A stretch of DNA of 55,290 nucleotides from an uncultured Candidatus Saccharibacteria bacterium (GTDB taxonomy: Bacteria > Patescibacteriota > Dojkabacteria > SC72): contig CAZCMQ010000001.1 in assembly GCA_964500025.1 (NCBI GenBank), positions 1 to 55,290 of the forward strand. Reading direction: 5' to 3'. Below are positions 40,601-50,503 of this stretch, in pieces; the first letter of the stretch is position 1, and each line of letters opens with the position of its first letter. Position numbers and translations under genes: made by a program. The notes beneath the pieces were generated by a model. That model saw only the letters and a list, made by a program, of their open reading frames with translations. It made no database searches and was not told the DNA's origin.

Positions 40601-42503
40601 GACCAACTCCAGGTTCTTTTTGGTATGGAACAACAGTGCTACGTTCAATCTTTCCTTTTCCAGGACCACTGAGATATTTGACTCCCACATGACCGGTATC
40701 ATCATCGAAAGCTAACCCCTTCCCTCCTCCTTGAGTTTGAATAAGATCAAGCTTTTGGGCATCTTCTGGAGTAACATATACGGTTCGTGCTGAGCGTGGT
40801 TGAACTCCCTGCTCTCCTGGATGTTCGGGACGAGCCGCTTTGTCACGGGTGGTAGTACCATCTTCGTGAACTTGGTAGGTCGATCCTTTTGCTGTTTTGA
40901 ATGTTACTGCCTTAGGTTTTTCTGGCTCAGGTGCTTTTGCTGGTTTAAACAATGATGCTAAAATTTCTTCTGCATCATCTCCATAAACTCTCTTGGCATT
41001 CTGTCTTGCAGTGTCTAAAATCAGTTCCGGATTATATCCCTCATCTGCAGCATGCCGAAGCAGCAGTTTTATAGCAGCAGCATCCGGAGAATCTCTGAAG
41101 TCTGGGTTTTTTGCATCTCTCATTAACTGAAAAATACTACGGCCAACTTCTTCTGCACTAGATAAATCCGTTCCGCGAAGGCGATCATTAACTCTATCAA
41201 GAAAAACTTGATCTTTATAAGATGACTGAAGAGCGTTGTCTTGCTCTACTGTTAAATATTTTTCTAACCACCTGCCTCTCTCTCTATAATTCTTTTTTTC
41301 GAATTCAGCTACTTCCTCTGGACCAAAATGTTTACGAACAAAATCAGACTCAATTTTATTATTTTGATCTAAGATAGACTGTCGATAGGATTCGAATTCA
41401 TCTAGAGACATATTTGAAATGTCTCTTTCTGGAGGTCTGTTTATTGCAAAATCAGGCGCTTCTGGAGGAAGTACTTCAGGTTCTTTAGGAGATTCTTTAG
41501 AAATTACGAGATCTCTAGAGACAGGCTTCTCTGGAATAGGTAGATCCATGTCTAGAGTAAGCTGCTCAGTAGGAGCTTGCTTAGGAAGAATGAAGTCATC
41601 TCCTTGATCTGTTTCAGGAAGCTTGCCACCAAACTGAGGTCCGACTGGTTGCTGAGAGTCTAGTCCCTCTGGATCACCTGCCTCAAATTCATTCATCTTT
41701 CCTTGCCGCTGAGATTCAAGAGCATCTAGTTTTTCTCTTGAGCTTCTTTCAGCTTGAGATAATTTTCTCCCTCGATAAACACCAACTCCAGCCCTAGGGG
41801 CTCCTCCTAGAAGAGCCTCAGTAATAATAGTTTCTGGAGTGTTCTCAAATCGCTTAGCTTGTTCTTCATAACCTCTGCCCTCAAGAGATCTTTTCTGAAG
41901 ATAACGGGTAGCCATTCCCTGCGCCACATTAGCAGAAGAGCCAAACAGAGCCGTCTTTCCTAGTTGTGTGAGAGTTCTAATCTCTGGAGCAGCAGCAGGA
42001 ATAGCCATACCAATAGCGTCTGAAGCAGCATCAATCGTTCCCACTAAGTTAGAAACTCCTCTATCAACTCCAGATTGTTCTAATTCAGTTGCTGTGTTAG
42101 ATCCTCTTCCTGCTGCTAGAGCAGGAATGGTATATGGAGCAACAATGGCTGTAGCTAGTGTAGGAACAGCTTGAACTAGATTACCACCAACTCCTGGATT
42201 TTTACCATAGACGTCTAATCCATAATTAATACCTAATGCTCTGCGAACATTATCTTGCCAGCTTTGAATACGATGTAGAGCCATTGCTCGGCGTTCTTCA
42301 TCTTTACCTGCAATATGCTTTGCTACTGCTCCAGAAGCTCCCAGCATAGCTATAGGAACAGCAGCAATGCCTTCCTTGACATCAGTCCAGAGATCCGTTT
42401 TTTCTTCTTTCTTGTCTTCAGGTAGAGTTAACTTTTTCGGAGTCGAGGACTCCTCCGGAAGAGTTAGCTTCAGGTTTGATTCTTCTGGAAGAGTTAATTT
42501 CAT
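37671..42503 (-). CDS. Giant (1610 aa) virion/internal protein with N-terminal KLTLPE(E/D) triple repeat
   Basis: Uninterrupted ORF in the late arm; N-terminus MKLTLPEESNLKLTLPEESSTPKKLTLPEDKK; I recognised no catalytic motif. Confidence 0.85.
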   Translation of the reverse strand: MKLTLPEESNLKLTLPEESSTPKKLTLPEDKKEEKTDLWTDVKEGIAAVPIAMLGASGAVAKHIAGKDEERRAMALHRIQSWQDNVRRALGINYGLDVYGKNPGVGGNLVQAVPTLATAIVAPYTIPALAAGRGSNTATELEQSGVDRGVSNLVGTIDAASDAIGMAIPAAAPEIRTLTQLGKTALFGSSANVAQGMATRYLQKRSLEGRGYEEQAKRFENTPETIITEALLGGAPRAGVGVYRGRKLSQAERSSREKLDALESQRQGKMNEFEAGDPEGLDSQQPVGPQFGGKLPETDQGDDFILPKQAPTEQLTLDMDLPIPEKPVSRDLVISKESPKEPEVLPPEAPDFAINRPPERDISNMSLDEFESYRQSILDQNNKIESDFVRKHFGPEEVAEFEKKNYRERGRWLEKYLTVEQDNALQSSYKDQVFLDRVNDRLRGTDLSSAEEVGRSIFQLMRDAKNPDFRDSPDAAAIKLLLRHAADEGYNPELILDTARQNAKRVYGDDAEEILASLFKPAKAPEPEKPKAVTFKTAKGSTYQVHEDGTTTRDKAARPEHPGEQGVQPRSARTVYVTPEDAQKLDLIQTQGGGKGLAFDDDTGHVGVKYLSGPGKGKIERSTVVPYQKEPGVGLIPVESWGDSKTIHFGNKITEVGDTPKESAPPSRPMTQLGMRLKTEQPEPSNIPFLNTENTALQFKPGRERQDLKDRPPNRLSAIQKVRDELGIVDDVGPPKSTKESREDTIWKDVTGEKIGKDVAPSTVEDAVLQGKTSDDLPKKNFWKGNNALGAGIRMKGMVFNNPVIRRVNHVISEATNKAAKFMRDDVEPIAKSWADMTDEERTNARTMAQWADRNEEVLRAEDLRAAGYSEKVISFYEQYRSVLDKFYKEWNANRAAAGLDAVDYRYGYSPNNFKGDYTAVVTRDGKIVGVLTGKSLAEVEAAKKQVKKYYSDVHITNTNRRAINQARPGEFVKALQDIQKIIDGDPRLKDISEALRQRGIDEGKDAFNFDVHTLNKEGVFGNEGNKFWKNAYENNDDFFKSIVNYFEEGSLNHNMIQANSELKSLLGNPDVKPNTKQYLEDYKNYLDGRTSQLGGAVDNVLDSIANGTKHLGLGYGPNSVRAVNNFLINTFQTMKLASGSMRMLLAQMTQPLQTGLPMLMKNAKDLGIDTTPMEAGKQLAAGSAIFTAAYLDYKSGGRLTSLPDIYKEAFTYAKDRGLISWSEYEHIKSYGKTSSKLGKLSSAPLRFAEATTRPTMFFALFNQIVGQGYNPKQAMEIAYNRTQASMGDYHNNQKAMVYGNLGVLGRQMGQLKTYSHFSTNLYQYYWKEKDMNALGYQLATNFGLAGLKGFIGYDLASELYDWITGRNLTDDIKEKYAEWAGVKADSDAMDYLLYGPLSKDTGLWLQPSLSGGNIIPSTERDAWSFVFPSAGEAFKIGKNIWDFASDPGTQTAKNAVRGVIPSSLQGLWDVETSMDSQGRIKDKFGQPKEPALTEKDQMLKKYGLGLNTFDLGKKQTEKWNSIQKEQKRSERAKDLARRIKNDMVSQEFTREQLTNQLEEYAKITGDPNSVLRLLKSLPRESLKKHLTKEEMLLITGSTSSILKHQRLND

Positions 42504-43741
42504 TTAATTGTAATTCCCATTTCTTTAGCTAGGGCTCTAATTTGATCGTCAGAAAGATTTTTATTTTCTTTGACAGATCTTAATTGTTCCATAGTATAAG
42601 ATTTAGTTTCTTTAGTTGTTCCTAGTGGCTCTGGAGTAGGAGTTTGCTCGGCAGCAGGAAGTTTATTTGTAATCAGATTCTCAATTCTACCTGGGGTTCT
42701 GATTGGAGGTAGAGCATCTGCCGCAGGAGTGCCTTTAATGCCCGGCATATTAGAGAGAGGATTGGGTTTCTCATCCCTAGCTCGTCTTTGATTATCATAT
42801 CCAATGGAAAGTTCATTGAATCTATTACGGAGAGTAAAGTCTTTTAATAGCCCTTCGTTTATAAATTTCTTGATTTCTTCTCCAGTTTTATCTGGATTTT
42901 GTTGAGCTACTTCTTCGCTGAGAGTATCATATGCATTCTTTTGAGAAGAAGTAGTAATTCCAGAAGGATACATTTTTTCTGATGTTTGTGTTCCAGTAGG
43001 TTTACGATAAGTAAATCCCTCTCTCCTTACTGTATTGGCTGCCTCTGCTCTTTGATTTCGTTGGCCTTCTTGATATTGTAGTCTACTCATGGCGGCAATC
43101 AGAGCATTCATTTGTCTTGCTGCAGCTTGATTTCCTTGAAGAGTTAGTTGTTCTAATCTTTGTTGGCCCTGCGTTTGCAGCTTATTGTTTTCTTGGGCAG
43201 CTCTAGCATTCCATTTAGCAACTTCAATAGCTCCTCTTTGAGTGCTAAGAGCCATGTCTTCAACTGCTTTTGAAAGTTGTTCTGGAGATAGAATAGAGAA
43301 TTTCTGAGCAAACTGTTCCGGCATTCCTCTGGATTTCATGAAATTAAACCTCTCTTCAGGAGAAGCTCCAGCTTTAGCTAGTTCCACTACTTGGTTTAGC
43401 CCTTCCATGGCTTTATCCATGCCAGCAGTTTTCTTTTGTTGAAAGTCCTGTAGTTTGGCATCAGCAGTTGCCTGAGTCCCAACTATATTGTTAACTTGAT
43501 TATTGAAGATTCCTTCTTCGTTTTTAATTCGCTGGCCGGCATTACCTAAAGACAATTGTTCTAAAAGACCAGGTTGTTTTTGTGCTGCAAAATCTCTGTT
43601 CTGTTGACTAGTCGCAATGTTTTCTCTAGAAAGAGCATTGGCTAATCTCATTTTGTTTAATTCAATTGGGTCCTTCTGACCCTGTATAGCAGCATCATAA
43701 AGAACTTTATTTAATTGTGCATATTCGAGTGGGCCAGCCAT
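42500..43741 (-). CDS. Gln/Asn-rich internal virion (ejection-type) protein
   Basis: 413 aa, low-complexity helical; ATGA overlap with the giant gene. Confidence 0.7.
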   Translation of the reverse strand: MAGPLEYAQLNKVLYDAAIQGQKDPIELNKMRLANALSRENIATSQQNRDFAAQKQPGLLEQLSLGNAGQRIKNEEGIFNNQVNNIVGTQATADAKLQDFQQKKTAGMDKAMEGLNQVVELAKAGASPEERFNFMKSRGMPEQFAQKFSILSPEQLSKAVEDMALSTQRGAIEVAKWNARAAQENNKLQTQGQQRLEQLTLQGNQAAARQMNALIAAMSRLQYQEGQRNQRAEAANTVRREGFTYRKPTGTQTSEKMYPSGITTSSQKNAYDTLSEEVAQQNPDKTGEEIKKFINEGLLKDFTLRNRFNELSIGYDNQRRARDEKPNPLSNMPGIKGTPAADALPPIRTPGRIENLITNKLPAAEQTPTPEPLGTTKETKSYTMEQLRSVKENKNLSDDQIRALAKEMGITIK

Positions 43742-43742
43742 A

Positions 43743-44951
43743 TTAAGTTCCTGTGGAGAAGAGACTATTCAGAGATTGATAAAGAGGACTATTAGCTGTA
43801 CCAGACATAGCTGTTGCTCCTTGGGCGCCTTGTCCAGTAGAAATTCCAGCCATTCCTTGATATGTACCTGCTAATCCAGATCTATAATTACTTAGATTGC
43901 TCATAGCTAAGTCCTGTAGTTTGGCCTGTCTTCCAAAATTATTGGCCAAATTGCCGCCAGCAGCATCTTTCCGTTGGAGATAATCTCCAGCTACATTTTG
44001 AATGCTCTGATACTCAGGCCCTTGTAGATAACTGAGAGGATTCTCATAAGTTTGTTTAAGCATGTTTCCGTAATAATCGGCATCATTTCGATAACGATCG
44101 AACATGTCTAAGAGTCTATTAGCAGTATTATTATTTTGATAAGAAGCAGCAGCTCCTGATAATAGACTGGCTAATTTACTAATATCTCCAGAATTTAATC
44201 CCAGAGCATTGGAGATAGTATCAAGCAGCCCTTTATTGTTGTTCATGGCGCTGCCTATACCCGCTGCAGTAGCGGCTGTGCCGGCAACTTGTGTTGCTGG
44301 TCCTACAGTAGCTCCAGTAGGATCGGGAAGACCAGAAGTATTTACACTACCAACATTCTGTTGAACACCATGAAGGTTGGTGTCTCCTTCTCCCTGCCAG
44401 CCTGGTTGTTGTTGAGTTGTGGTTACTTCAGATAGAGGACTATTAGCTGCTCCAGCAGCAGCTCCTCCAACATTCATTGCAGAGCCAAGAGAAGTCATTA
44501 GACCAGCATCACCTGCACCCATACCTAGTCCAGCTTCATATAATGCCGGAGAAGTATACGGAGCAACTGATGCCATTACTAATGGACCAAGCCAACTAAG
44601 ATTATCTCCGAACCAATCAAAGATACCCCCACCACCTTTTTGTTGTTCTGTGAATTTGCCATCACCTAGAGTGTATGTACCGTCGTCATTCTTTGTGATA
44701 TCATAATTATATCCACCATAGGTTCCATTGTCATTGCCAAAATCACCTAACCATGAAGACAGCGTAGTGGGGAGTTCTGTTCCTAATCCTGCTCCATTAC
44801 TTCCCCAATATCCAGTGCCCTGAACATTATAACCAGCATTAGGATCATAATATTCTGTTGGTGCTGTGGCTTGAAATCCACTATTTACTAAATCTCTTAG
44901 TTGAGCTTCAGTTAATGTTTTTCCACTTAACGCCTTGAACAGATCGTCCAT
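43743..44951 (-). CDS. Gly-rich internal virion (ejection-type) protein
   Basis: 402 aa, G/A/N/S-rich. Confidence 0.7.
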   Translation of the reverse strand: MDDLFKALSGKTLTEAQLRDLVNSGFQATAPTEYYDPNAGYNVQGTGYWGSNGAGLGTELPTTLSSWLGDFGNDNGTYGGYNYDITKNDDGTYTLGDGKFTEQQKGGGGIFDWFGDNLSWLGPLVMASVAPYTSPALYEAGLGMGAGDAGLMTSLGSAMNVGGAAAGAANSPLSEVTTTQQQPGWQGEGDTNLHGVQQNVGSVNTSGLPDPTGATVGPATQVAGTAATAAGIGSAMNNNKGLLDTISNALGLNSGDISKLASLLSGAAASYQNNNTANRLLDMFDRYRNDADYYGNMLKQTYENPLSYLQGPEYQSIQNVAGDYLQRKDAAGGNLANNFGRQAKLQDLAMSNLSNYRSGLAGTYQGMAGISTGQGAQGATAMSGTANSPLYQSLNSLFSTGT

Positions 44952-44953
44952 AA

Positions 44954-45376
44954 TTACTCCGTATAGTACCAGCCAGAAAAGACATAATCATCCGCAGTGC
45001 TGGTAATAGCAGACGAAGGAGAAACCAATCCAGTAGTATTGTCCATCCAACAATTAACTACAGTGGAAGCACCTTTTTTTGAGAGTTTAAATTCATGTGC
45101 TGCAAAGTTATATTCACCACGATAAAAAGGCTTTAATGGAAGTTTGATGGTTGAATTAGTTGGCATAGCCAGGGAACCACTACTCTCAAAAAGAGCTACA
45201 ACATGAATGATTCTACCTAGCTTTTGATAGCCCCCTTTAATTGAATCTACTCCAGTGACATTGACAGTTGCTGGAATCCACTCATCATCAATAAAAGCAT
45301 CTTTCAGTGCCTTGAGATAATCATAGAGAACTCTATCTTCTATAAAAGGAAATGGTAGTTTAGTTATACTAGTCAT
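44954..45376 (-). CDS. Tail-associated protein, unknown function
   Basis: 140-aa packed late ORF. Confidence 0.7.
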   Translation of the reverse strand: MTSITKLPFPFIEDRVLYDYLKALKDAFIDDEWIPATVNVTGVDSIKGGYQKLGRIIHVVALFESSGSLAMPTNSTIKLPLKPFYRGEYNFAAHEFKLSKKGASTVVNCWMDNTTGLVSPSSAITSTADDYVFSGWYYTE

Positions 45377-46937
45377 TATGTTGAATATAAGTTACTTCAA
45401 AGCCACGCATGAGAAAAGCTTTTCCATTAGCCTGTTCATTGGAAGTGAAAGTAAATCTGAATTTCCAATGATTTCCCCATCCTAATTCTCTCCATCTAAT
45501 AGGAGTGTTAGGGTCTGCGGTAGCGGTATTGATGGTTCCCATATCAGTCCAAGTAGATTGAAGATCATCTTTTCGGTCTTTGGAATATTCTAATTTTACT
45601 GACTGTCCTTGAAAGTTTCCAATGAGTTCTACGTTTCTGATCTCTTTGCTATTGTTACTACCAAAGTCAATTTCATCTGTGGTATAGATAGCATTAGTAG
45701 CATCATTTGCAAAAAACTTATCATGATTAAATAAACCATAGGTAAGATTAACAAGTGGATTTTGCTCTGATGCTATTGCAAAAATAGTATAAAGTGTCTC
45801 TCCCTTCAATGCGGAATAGAGAGGATATATTCCATTAGGATGTGTCTGTCTTCCTAGATTATAACGAACCCATACATTATCTTCTATGATATAAGACATA
45901 GTTCTAATGTATGTAGTATTCACTAAAGTCAGAAGAATAGCAGGAGAATTCTTTTCTATACTCAAACTCAAATAAGAGGTACTAGTAATAATTCTTTGTA
46001 CCCAACTAGATGAAATATCAGTCAGTTGGAAATTAGATAATTTATAAACTCTATAATCAGTTTGTCGTGTTTTCCCAATAAAATAAATATCATCTCCAAT
46101 TTTGATGGGAGTCCTTAAAGCTCCTGCAAATCCACTAGGATTAGACAATCCCACTGTTTGGGCATAGGAAGTATTTCTTGACAGAGGGCTTCCCAGTTGG
46201 TTTGCATTATCATAAAAGAATTCAATAGAATATTTACCAAAGCCTACAATGTGGTTTTTATGTAGCGCAATATAGGACAGGCCATCTGCAAACATCTCAC
46301 AGTCAATGAAATCGGTGGAAGTAGAAAAAGTATCAGGAGCACCAATAGTACTGTTATAAATACGTTGATCTGTTCCTAACACAAAGATATAACCGTCTAA
46401 GAATACCGGATCGGCTCCTGCTCCTACTGCTAAATTCACTGAAGTAATTGTGTTACCTACTGGATTATATAGATGCAAATAAGCCGCAGTAGGATGCGAT
46501 TCTAATATCACTACATAATAAGTAGACCCTACTCTATACTCAGTAAATCCCACATATCCAGAAGAATATTGAAGTGTTTTAGTTACCCCTGAATCTAGAT
46601 ACAAAGTATTACCATAGGCGACATACTGAAGATAATTCTGACTTATTTCTAGTAAAGGAGAAAAGAATCCTCTTGGTGGAGTAGTTGATGGATTTCCTCC
46701 GTTCCAATAAGAAGACACTTGAGTGTATCCACCTCTTTCTGTTAATACATTTACAGGATCTCCATGCCACTGTTTAAGAGAAGTTGGATAGCAATTTTGA
46801 CAGACAGCATTAGCATAAAAATTAAAAGTAGTAGAAGTTCCTCCACGATAATCCGATGGAATAGCACTCCCTTGAATTGGAATTCTTTTGGTTTGCTGAG
46901 TGTTATAAACTGGATTATTTGTATATGCCATTACCAA
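45369..46937 (-). CDS. Tail hub/nozzle-type protein (position equivalent to P22 gp10)
   Basis: 522-aa ORF directly downstream of the gp4-like adaptor; positional inference. Confidence 0.6.
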   Translation of the reverse strand: MVMAYTNNPVYNTQQTKRIPIQGSAIPSDYRGGTSTTFNFYANAVCQNCYPTSLKQWHGDPVNVLTERGGYTQVSSYWNGGNPSTTPPRGFFSPLLEISQNYLQYVAYGNTLYLDSGVTKTLQYSSGYVGFTEYRVGSTYYVVILESHPTAAYLHLYNPVGNTITSVNLAVGAGADPVFLDGYIFVLGTDQRIYNSTIGAPDTFSTSTDFIDCEMFADGLSYIALHKNHIVGFGKYSIEFFYDNANQLGSPLSRNTSYAQTVGLSNPSGFAGALRTPIKIGDDIYFIGKTRQTDYRVYKLSNFQLTDISSSWVQRIITSTSYLSLSIEKNSPAILLTLVNTTYIRTMSYIIEDNVWVRYNLGRQTHPNGIYPLYSALKGETLYTIFAIASEQNPLVNLTYGLFNHDKFFANDATNAIYTTDEIDFGSNNSKEIRNVELIGNFQGQSVKLEYSKDRKDDLQSTWTDMGTINTATADPNTPIRWRELGWGNHWKFRFTFTSNEQANGKAFLMRGFEVTYIQHND

Positions 46938-47620
46938 CGAACCTGTGGCTTGAAATAAACAGAACCTTCTTCATTACCAAATGAAAGAGCTTCTTCTAAT
47001 GCGTCTTTTGCTCTACGAGCAAGATCTTTCTTTTCTTCAATAGGAAGACCATAATGAGGAGCTTCTCTATCTGCTAATCCATAGATGATAGCTTCTTCCC
47101 ATTCTTCTGGAAAATCAGGAAGGTCTGTAGACAATGAAATAGTATTAGTAGCTTCTTGTACATCTATCCTAGCTTCAACATTTGTGCTAGAATAAGAATC
47201 TGGCCAAGGCCAAAGATATACTTCAGCAAAGGTTTTCTTTGGAACAAAATAAATTTGAGTTGGAACAGCAGTAGGATTACTTGGAATAGATAAATACTCT
47301 TGTCTGGTATAAATATTTAAATTTATAGTTGTCTGACTTAGTGTATCATATCTATTCGCATTGATTAATTTCAATGGGATTGTGGAAGTCACTAAAGTTT
47401 GTCCCGGCCCCATCGTAGCAAACCCGTCTGTGAACAACGACATTGGAAAAGAATATTGTGTGATTTTCCATAAAGGCATTCCCTTCGAGTGGAATGACTT
47501 TAACATGGATGTTAATGCGGAAGATGCTCTTGTGATCTGGTTAGCCGTTGGAGTTTCATTTAATCCTAAGCCACCCGCTCTTTCAAGAGCATCTGTAATA
47601 AGTTGATCGCGTGTTTTCAT
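46931..47620 (-). CDS. Head-to-tail adaptor (P22 gp4-like)
   Basis: N-terminus MKTRDQLITDALERAGGLGLNETPTANQITRASSALTSMLKSFHSKG parallels P22 gp4 (..[37 protein letters not shown]..). Confidence 0.6.
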   Translation of the reverse strand: MKTRDQLITDALERAGGLGLNETPTANQITRASSALTSMLKSFHSKGMPLWKITQYSFPMSLFTDGFATMGPGQTLVTSTIPLKLINANRYDTLSQTTINLNIYTRQEYLSIPSNPTAVPTQIYFVPKKTFAEVYLWPWPDSYSSTNVEARIDVQEATNTISLSTDLPDFPEEWEEAIIYGLADREAPHYGLPIEEKKDLARRAKDALEEALSFGNEEGSVYFKPQVRW

Positions 47621-47910
47621 GAGTCAATCATTTGCTCCCAACTGGGGATTCCTTCATTAAAAGTGTTTACCCAATTGACAAACTGTTCGAATGGATTTAG
47701 TTCAATGAACCGATCAGTTTGTTCTGGTCTTGTCCACGGAACTGCTAGGTTTTCTTTAGGGGCCTTGAGAAAATCCATGGGGTGCCGAAGTTCAAAGTCC
47801 TTCTCGCACACCATGAGATTATCCCATCGTTTTCTTAATTGATAGGACTTAAACTTAAATCCACATACATCACAGATAGCGTTCCATGATCCTTTTTTAT
47901 AGTATGTCAT
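47617..47910 (-). CDS. Small Cys-containing tail-module protein
   Basis: CDVCGFKF...VCEKDF; ATGA overlaps. Confidence 0.6.
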   Translation of the reverse strand: MTYYKKGSWNAICDVCGFKFKSYQLRKRWDNLMVCEKDFELRHPMDFLKAPKENLAVPWTRPEQTDRFIELNPFEQFVNWVNTFNEGIPSWEQMIDS

Positions 47911-48149
47911 TTTTTAAGCTCATCAATCTTATCATCAAGTTTATCTAATCTTTGCCAGAGTTCTTTTCGGAAATCTGAAAAATCTTGTTTAGGTAAATAC
48001 TCCAATTGAATTGTCATATTAGATTTTTCAAGTTCTTCCAGACGCTTTTCAATTCTGTCTGTTCGTCTCTCTCGTTGGTGTTGGTTCTGACGAGCTAAAT
48101 AAATGAAGGCAGCCATGATCAATTCAATTATATAATGAATGTAGTCCAT
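47907..48149 (-). CDS. Small TM + coiled-coil protein
   Basis: N-terminal hydrophobic IIELIMAAFIYLA followed by a charged helix. Confidence 0.55.
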   Translation of the reverse strand: MDYIHYIIELIMAAFIYLARQNQHQRERRTDRIEKRLEELEKSNMTIQLEYLPKQDFSDFRKELWQRLDKLDDKIDELKK

Positions 48150-49591
48150 TATACATTCAACACCGCAGCCGAGAAAATTGGAGTGTTAAATGTTTGTGAA
48201 GCCATATATACTCGAACATTTTGTGATCCTCCTACCAAAGATCCAGCAGGAACTGGAATAATCAGTTCAGCTTTTCCATTTACTAAAGAAGGACTGATGT
48301 TCAATCCAACAAAATTAAAGAGAAGATTTCCAACACTGTTTGGTTTGGTAACATCAGTTGCCCAAACCTGACCAGAAACATTAGTAGCTCCAAGGGCTCT
48401 TGGATGAATATAAGCTTTAATCATATATTCATTCTGACCTGCAGGATCTCCTGTTACAAAGGCCGGAGGAGCAGTCCAAATATTTCCAACAGACCAGCTT
48501 CCTGCCGGAGCAGTAGGAGATCCTCCATTAGCTGAAGTTGCTGTATAAATAGCAGAGCCTGCCCAGGCCGCACCAACTGCAGTAACATCAGATGATTGAT
48601 TCCCGGCAGTAGTATTCCATCCTACGGGATCTCCGTCAGGATCTCCTAAAGGAGCCCAACCAACAATCTGTGCTCCACCGGGAGCATCTGTTGGCGGTGT
48701 TGGATCCGGACCAGTGGGAGTAGACGAAGTAAAGATAGCCAAGACTTCATCAGCATTTAATGTCGGAGTTCCGGGCTCATCCCGCAGAATAACAAAACCA
48801 CGATAATACTGGGTTTGTGTTCCACTAGGAGTTGTGATACAATATACTCCAAACTTCTGATACTGGTTTACATCATGATTGACATAACCAATAGGAAGCT
48901 GCTCGTCATGGACCTTTTGTAGAGTGCCTGTTCCTTGTTTAACCCAATATTGAGAAAAAGGATTGTCTCCTGCATTGGGAGACATTCTAAGATGACCCAC
49001 AAGATAGTTCATTTCATTTGCCCGCATAGGCATTGAAACAACTCGTCTTGTAGTTCTATCACTATTGTTCTGAGTGGGGTTATGGGCCGCTACAGAGTGA
49101 TCAATGTACCAGGATGACCCTACCCCATTGGTGGCACAATTAATCGCACTGAAGGCGATCTGGACGCCCTGAGAGGGGGGATTATCTCCATTGTGAAAGT
49201 CAAAGATATTACTGTAATCCGTAGCATCGGCATCTAATGCAAAGGCTAAAACAAACCAGATTGATTGGTTTGTTCTAACTGATTGGCCGTCTCCAGAGTT
49301 ACCTGAAGCTAAGATCTCAGTCTTCCATAGACCTCCCCAGGTAGGCCAGCCATTTCCATGGCGAAGACGAATAACTGTTTGAGTTGGATCCGTAGGATCA
49401 GGAACCCTCATACAGACAATATTATTGCTGCTGTCCTTTAGCCCTGTTTCTGGAATGTTTCGATAACTGACATTGTTAGCTGGGCCGCCTTGGTTGCCCA
49501 TGTGGGTATTAACAATGGAGGTATTAGAAGCAAAAGGTTCTCGGCCATCTACCCACCACTTGACACGAGGATCACTTTTTAGAATTGGCAT
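48149..49591 (-). CDS. Tail fibre/spike protein, possibly with a polysaccharide-lyase-like jelly-roll (weak)
   Basis: 480-aa late ORF; function from position and weak motif impression only. Confidence 0.6.
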   Translation of the reverse strand: MPILKSDPRVKWWVDGREPFASNTSIVNTHMGNQGGPANNVSYRNIPETGLKDSSNNIVCMRVPDPTDPTQTVIRLRHGNGWPTWGGLWKTEILASGNSGDGQSVRTNQSIWFVLAFALDADATDYSNIFDFHNGDNPPSQGVQIAFSAINCATNGVGSSWYIDHSVAAHNPTQNNSDRTTRRVVSMPMRANEMNYLVGHLRMSPNAGDNPFSQYWVKQGTGTLQKVHDEQLPIGYVNHDVNQYQKFGVYCITTPSGTQTQYYRGFVILRDEPGTPTLNADEVLAIFTSSTPTGPDPTPPTDAPGGAQIVGWAPLGDPDGDPVGWNTTAGNQSSDVTAVGAAWAGSAIYTATSANGGSPTAPAGSWSVGNIWTAPPAFVTGDPAGQNEYMIKAYIHPRALGATNVSGQVWATDVTKPNSVGNLLFNFVGLNISPSLVNGKAELIIPVPAGSLVGGSQNVRVYMASQTFNTPIFSAAVLNV

Positions 49592-50502
49592 TACGCTACT
49601 CCTGCTTCTACTACGGCATCAGCTAAGCCTACAGTTCCTTCAGTAGAGTTATAAGCAGAGACTAATACATGAGTTCCATTGGAAAGTCCTAAGCCTGCTG
49701 CATCGATATAAAGAATTGAGTTACCACTCGACAGAGTTGGTTGAGCAGACAAACCAGAAAAGGTTTTTAATCTGGCAGTACCGTCAGCACTCCATACATA
49801 ACCCCCAATGCCAGACTTGCTTTGCATAGAATTACCAAGACTAGTAACCTTGATTCGCTGAGGAGAGGCTCCGACAGGATTCTTGAAAGTGATGATATCC
49901 AGAGACAGATTGCTACTGGATACTACTGATCCAGCAGTTGTTACTGCACCAGCACCAGATTCTGATTTAGATTCCACATACCCATAAGTAGCCCCATTCA
50001 CTAAGGTGAATCCAGAGCCTGCGGTAAAACCAGCCCCACTTTGCGCAGTTAAAAATCCCAGAATGATGCCACCATCTGATCCAGGATCAGTTGAATTAGC
50101 TGAGATAGAAGTACTGGAGGCTGTAGTAGAAACAATTGGTGCTACATAAGGAGAAGCATGTGCTCCCCTTAACTGTACAGTTGTGCATGACCAGTTTGGA
50201 ACATTCTGAGGATTTCCCCCATTGGTGAAGTTCGCATAACATTGAAGAGAAGAGTTGTTAGCTTGAACGACATGATAACCAATAGCTCGATATCTTCCAG
50301 AACTTCCTGTTGAAGGAAGAACCGTAGTCCATACATTAGTATAGGTATTGTCAGAAAAACTGCATGTGGCTGCTGTAGTGTTCCAAGTTGCAAAAGTAAC
50401 TAAAACATCTCCAGGCTGTACCACCAGAGATACCTGTGTATAGATATCAGCGGCACCTGCGGAAGCATTGTTATTTCCGGAAGCAATAATAGCAATAGCC
50501 AT
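49591..50502 (-). CDS. Tail fibre-like protein
   Basis: 303 aa, S/T/G/A-rich beta-type composition. Confidence 0.65.
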   Translation of the reverse strand: MAIAIIASGNNNASAGAADIYTQVSLVVQPGDVLVTFATWNTTAATCSFSDNTYTNVWTTVLPSTGSSGRYRAIGYHVVQANNSSLQCYANFTNGGNPQNVPNWSCTTVQLRGAHASPYVAPIVSTTASSTSISANSTDPGSDGGIILGFLTAQSGAGFTAGSGFTLVNGATYGYVESKSESGAGAVTTAGSVVSSSNLSLDIITFKNPVGASPQRIKVTSLGNSMQSKSGIGGYVWSADGTARLKTFSGLSAQPTLSSGNSILYIDAAGLGLSNGTHVLVSAYNSTEGTVGLADAVVEAGVA

Positions 50503-50503
50503 A

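Noticed and set aside
37671-42503. N4-type virion RNA polymerase in the giant protein (which would have explained hairpin or palindrome 'promoters' in the early region)
   Set aside because: I could not find T7-like RNAP motifs (the catalytic D...D pair, R-x3-K-x6-YG) in the 1610-aa sequence. Good sigma70-type promoters are present instead. A profile search would be needed to exclude it formally.
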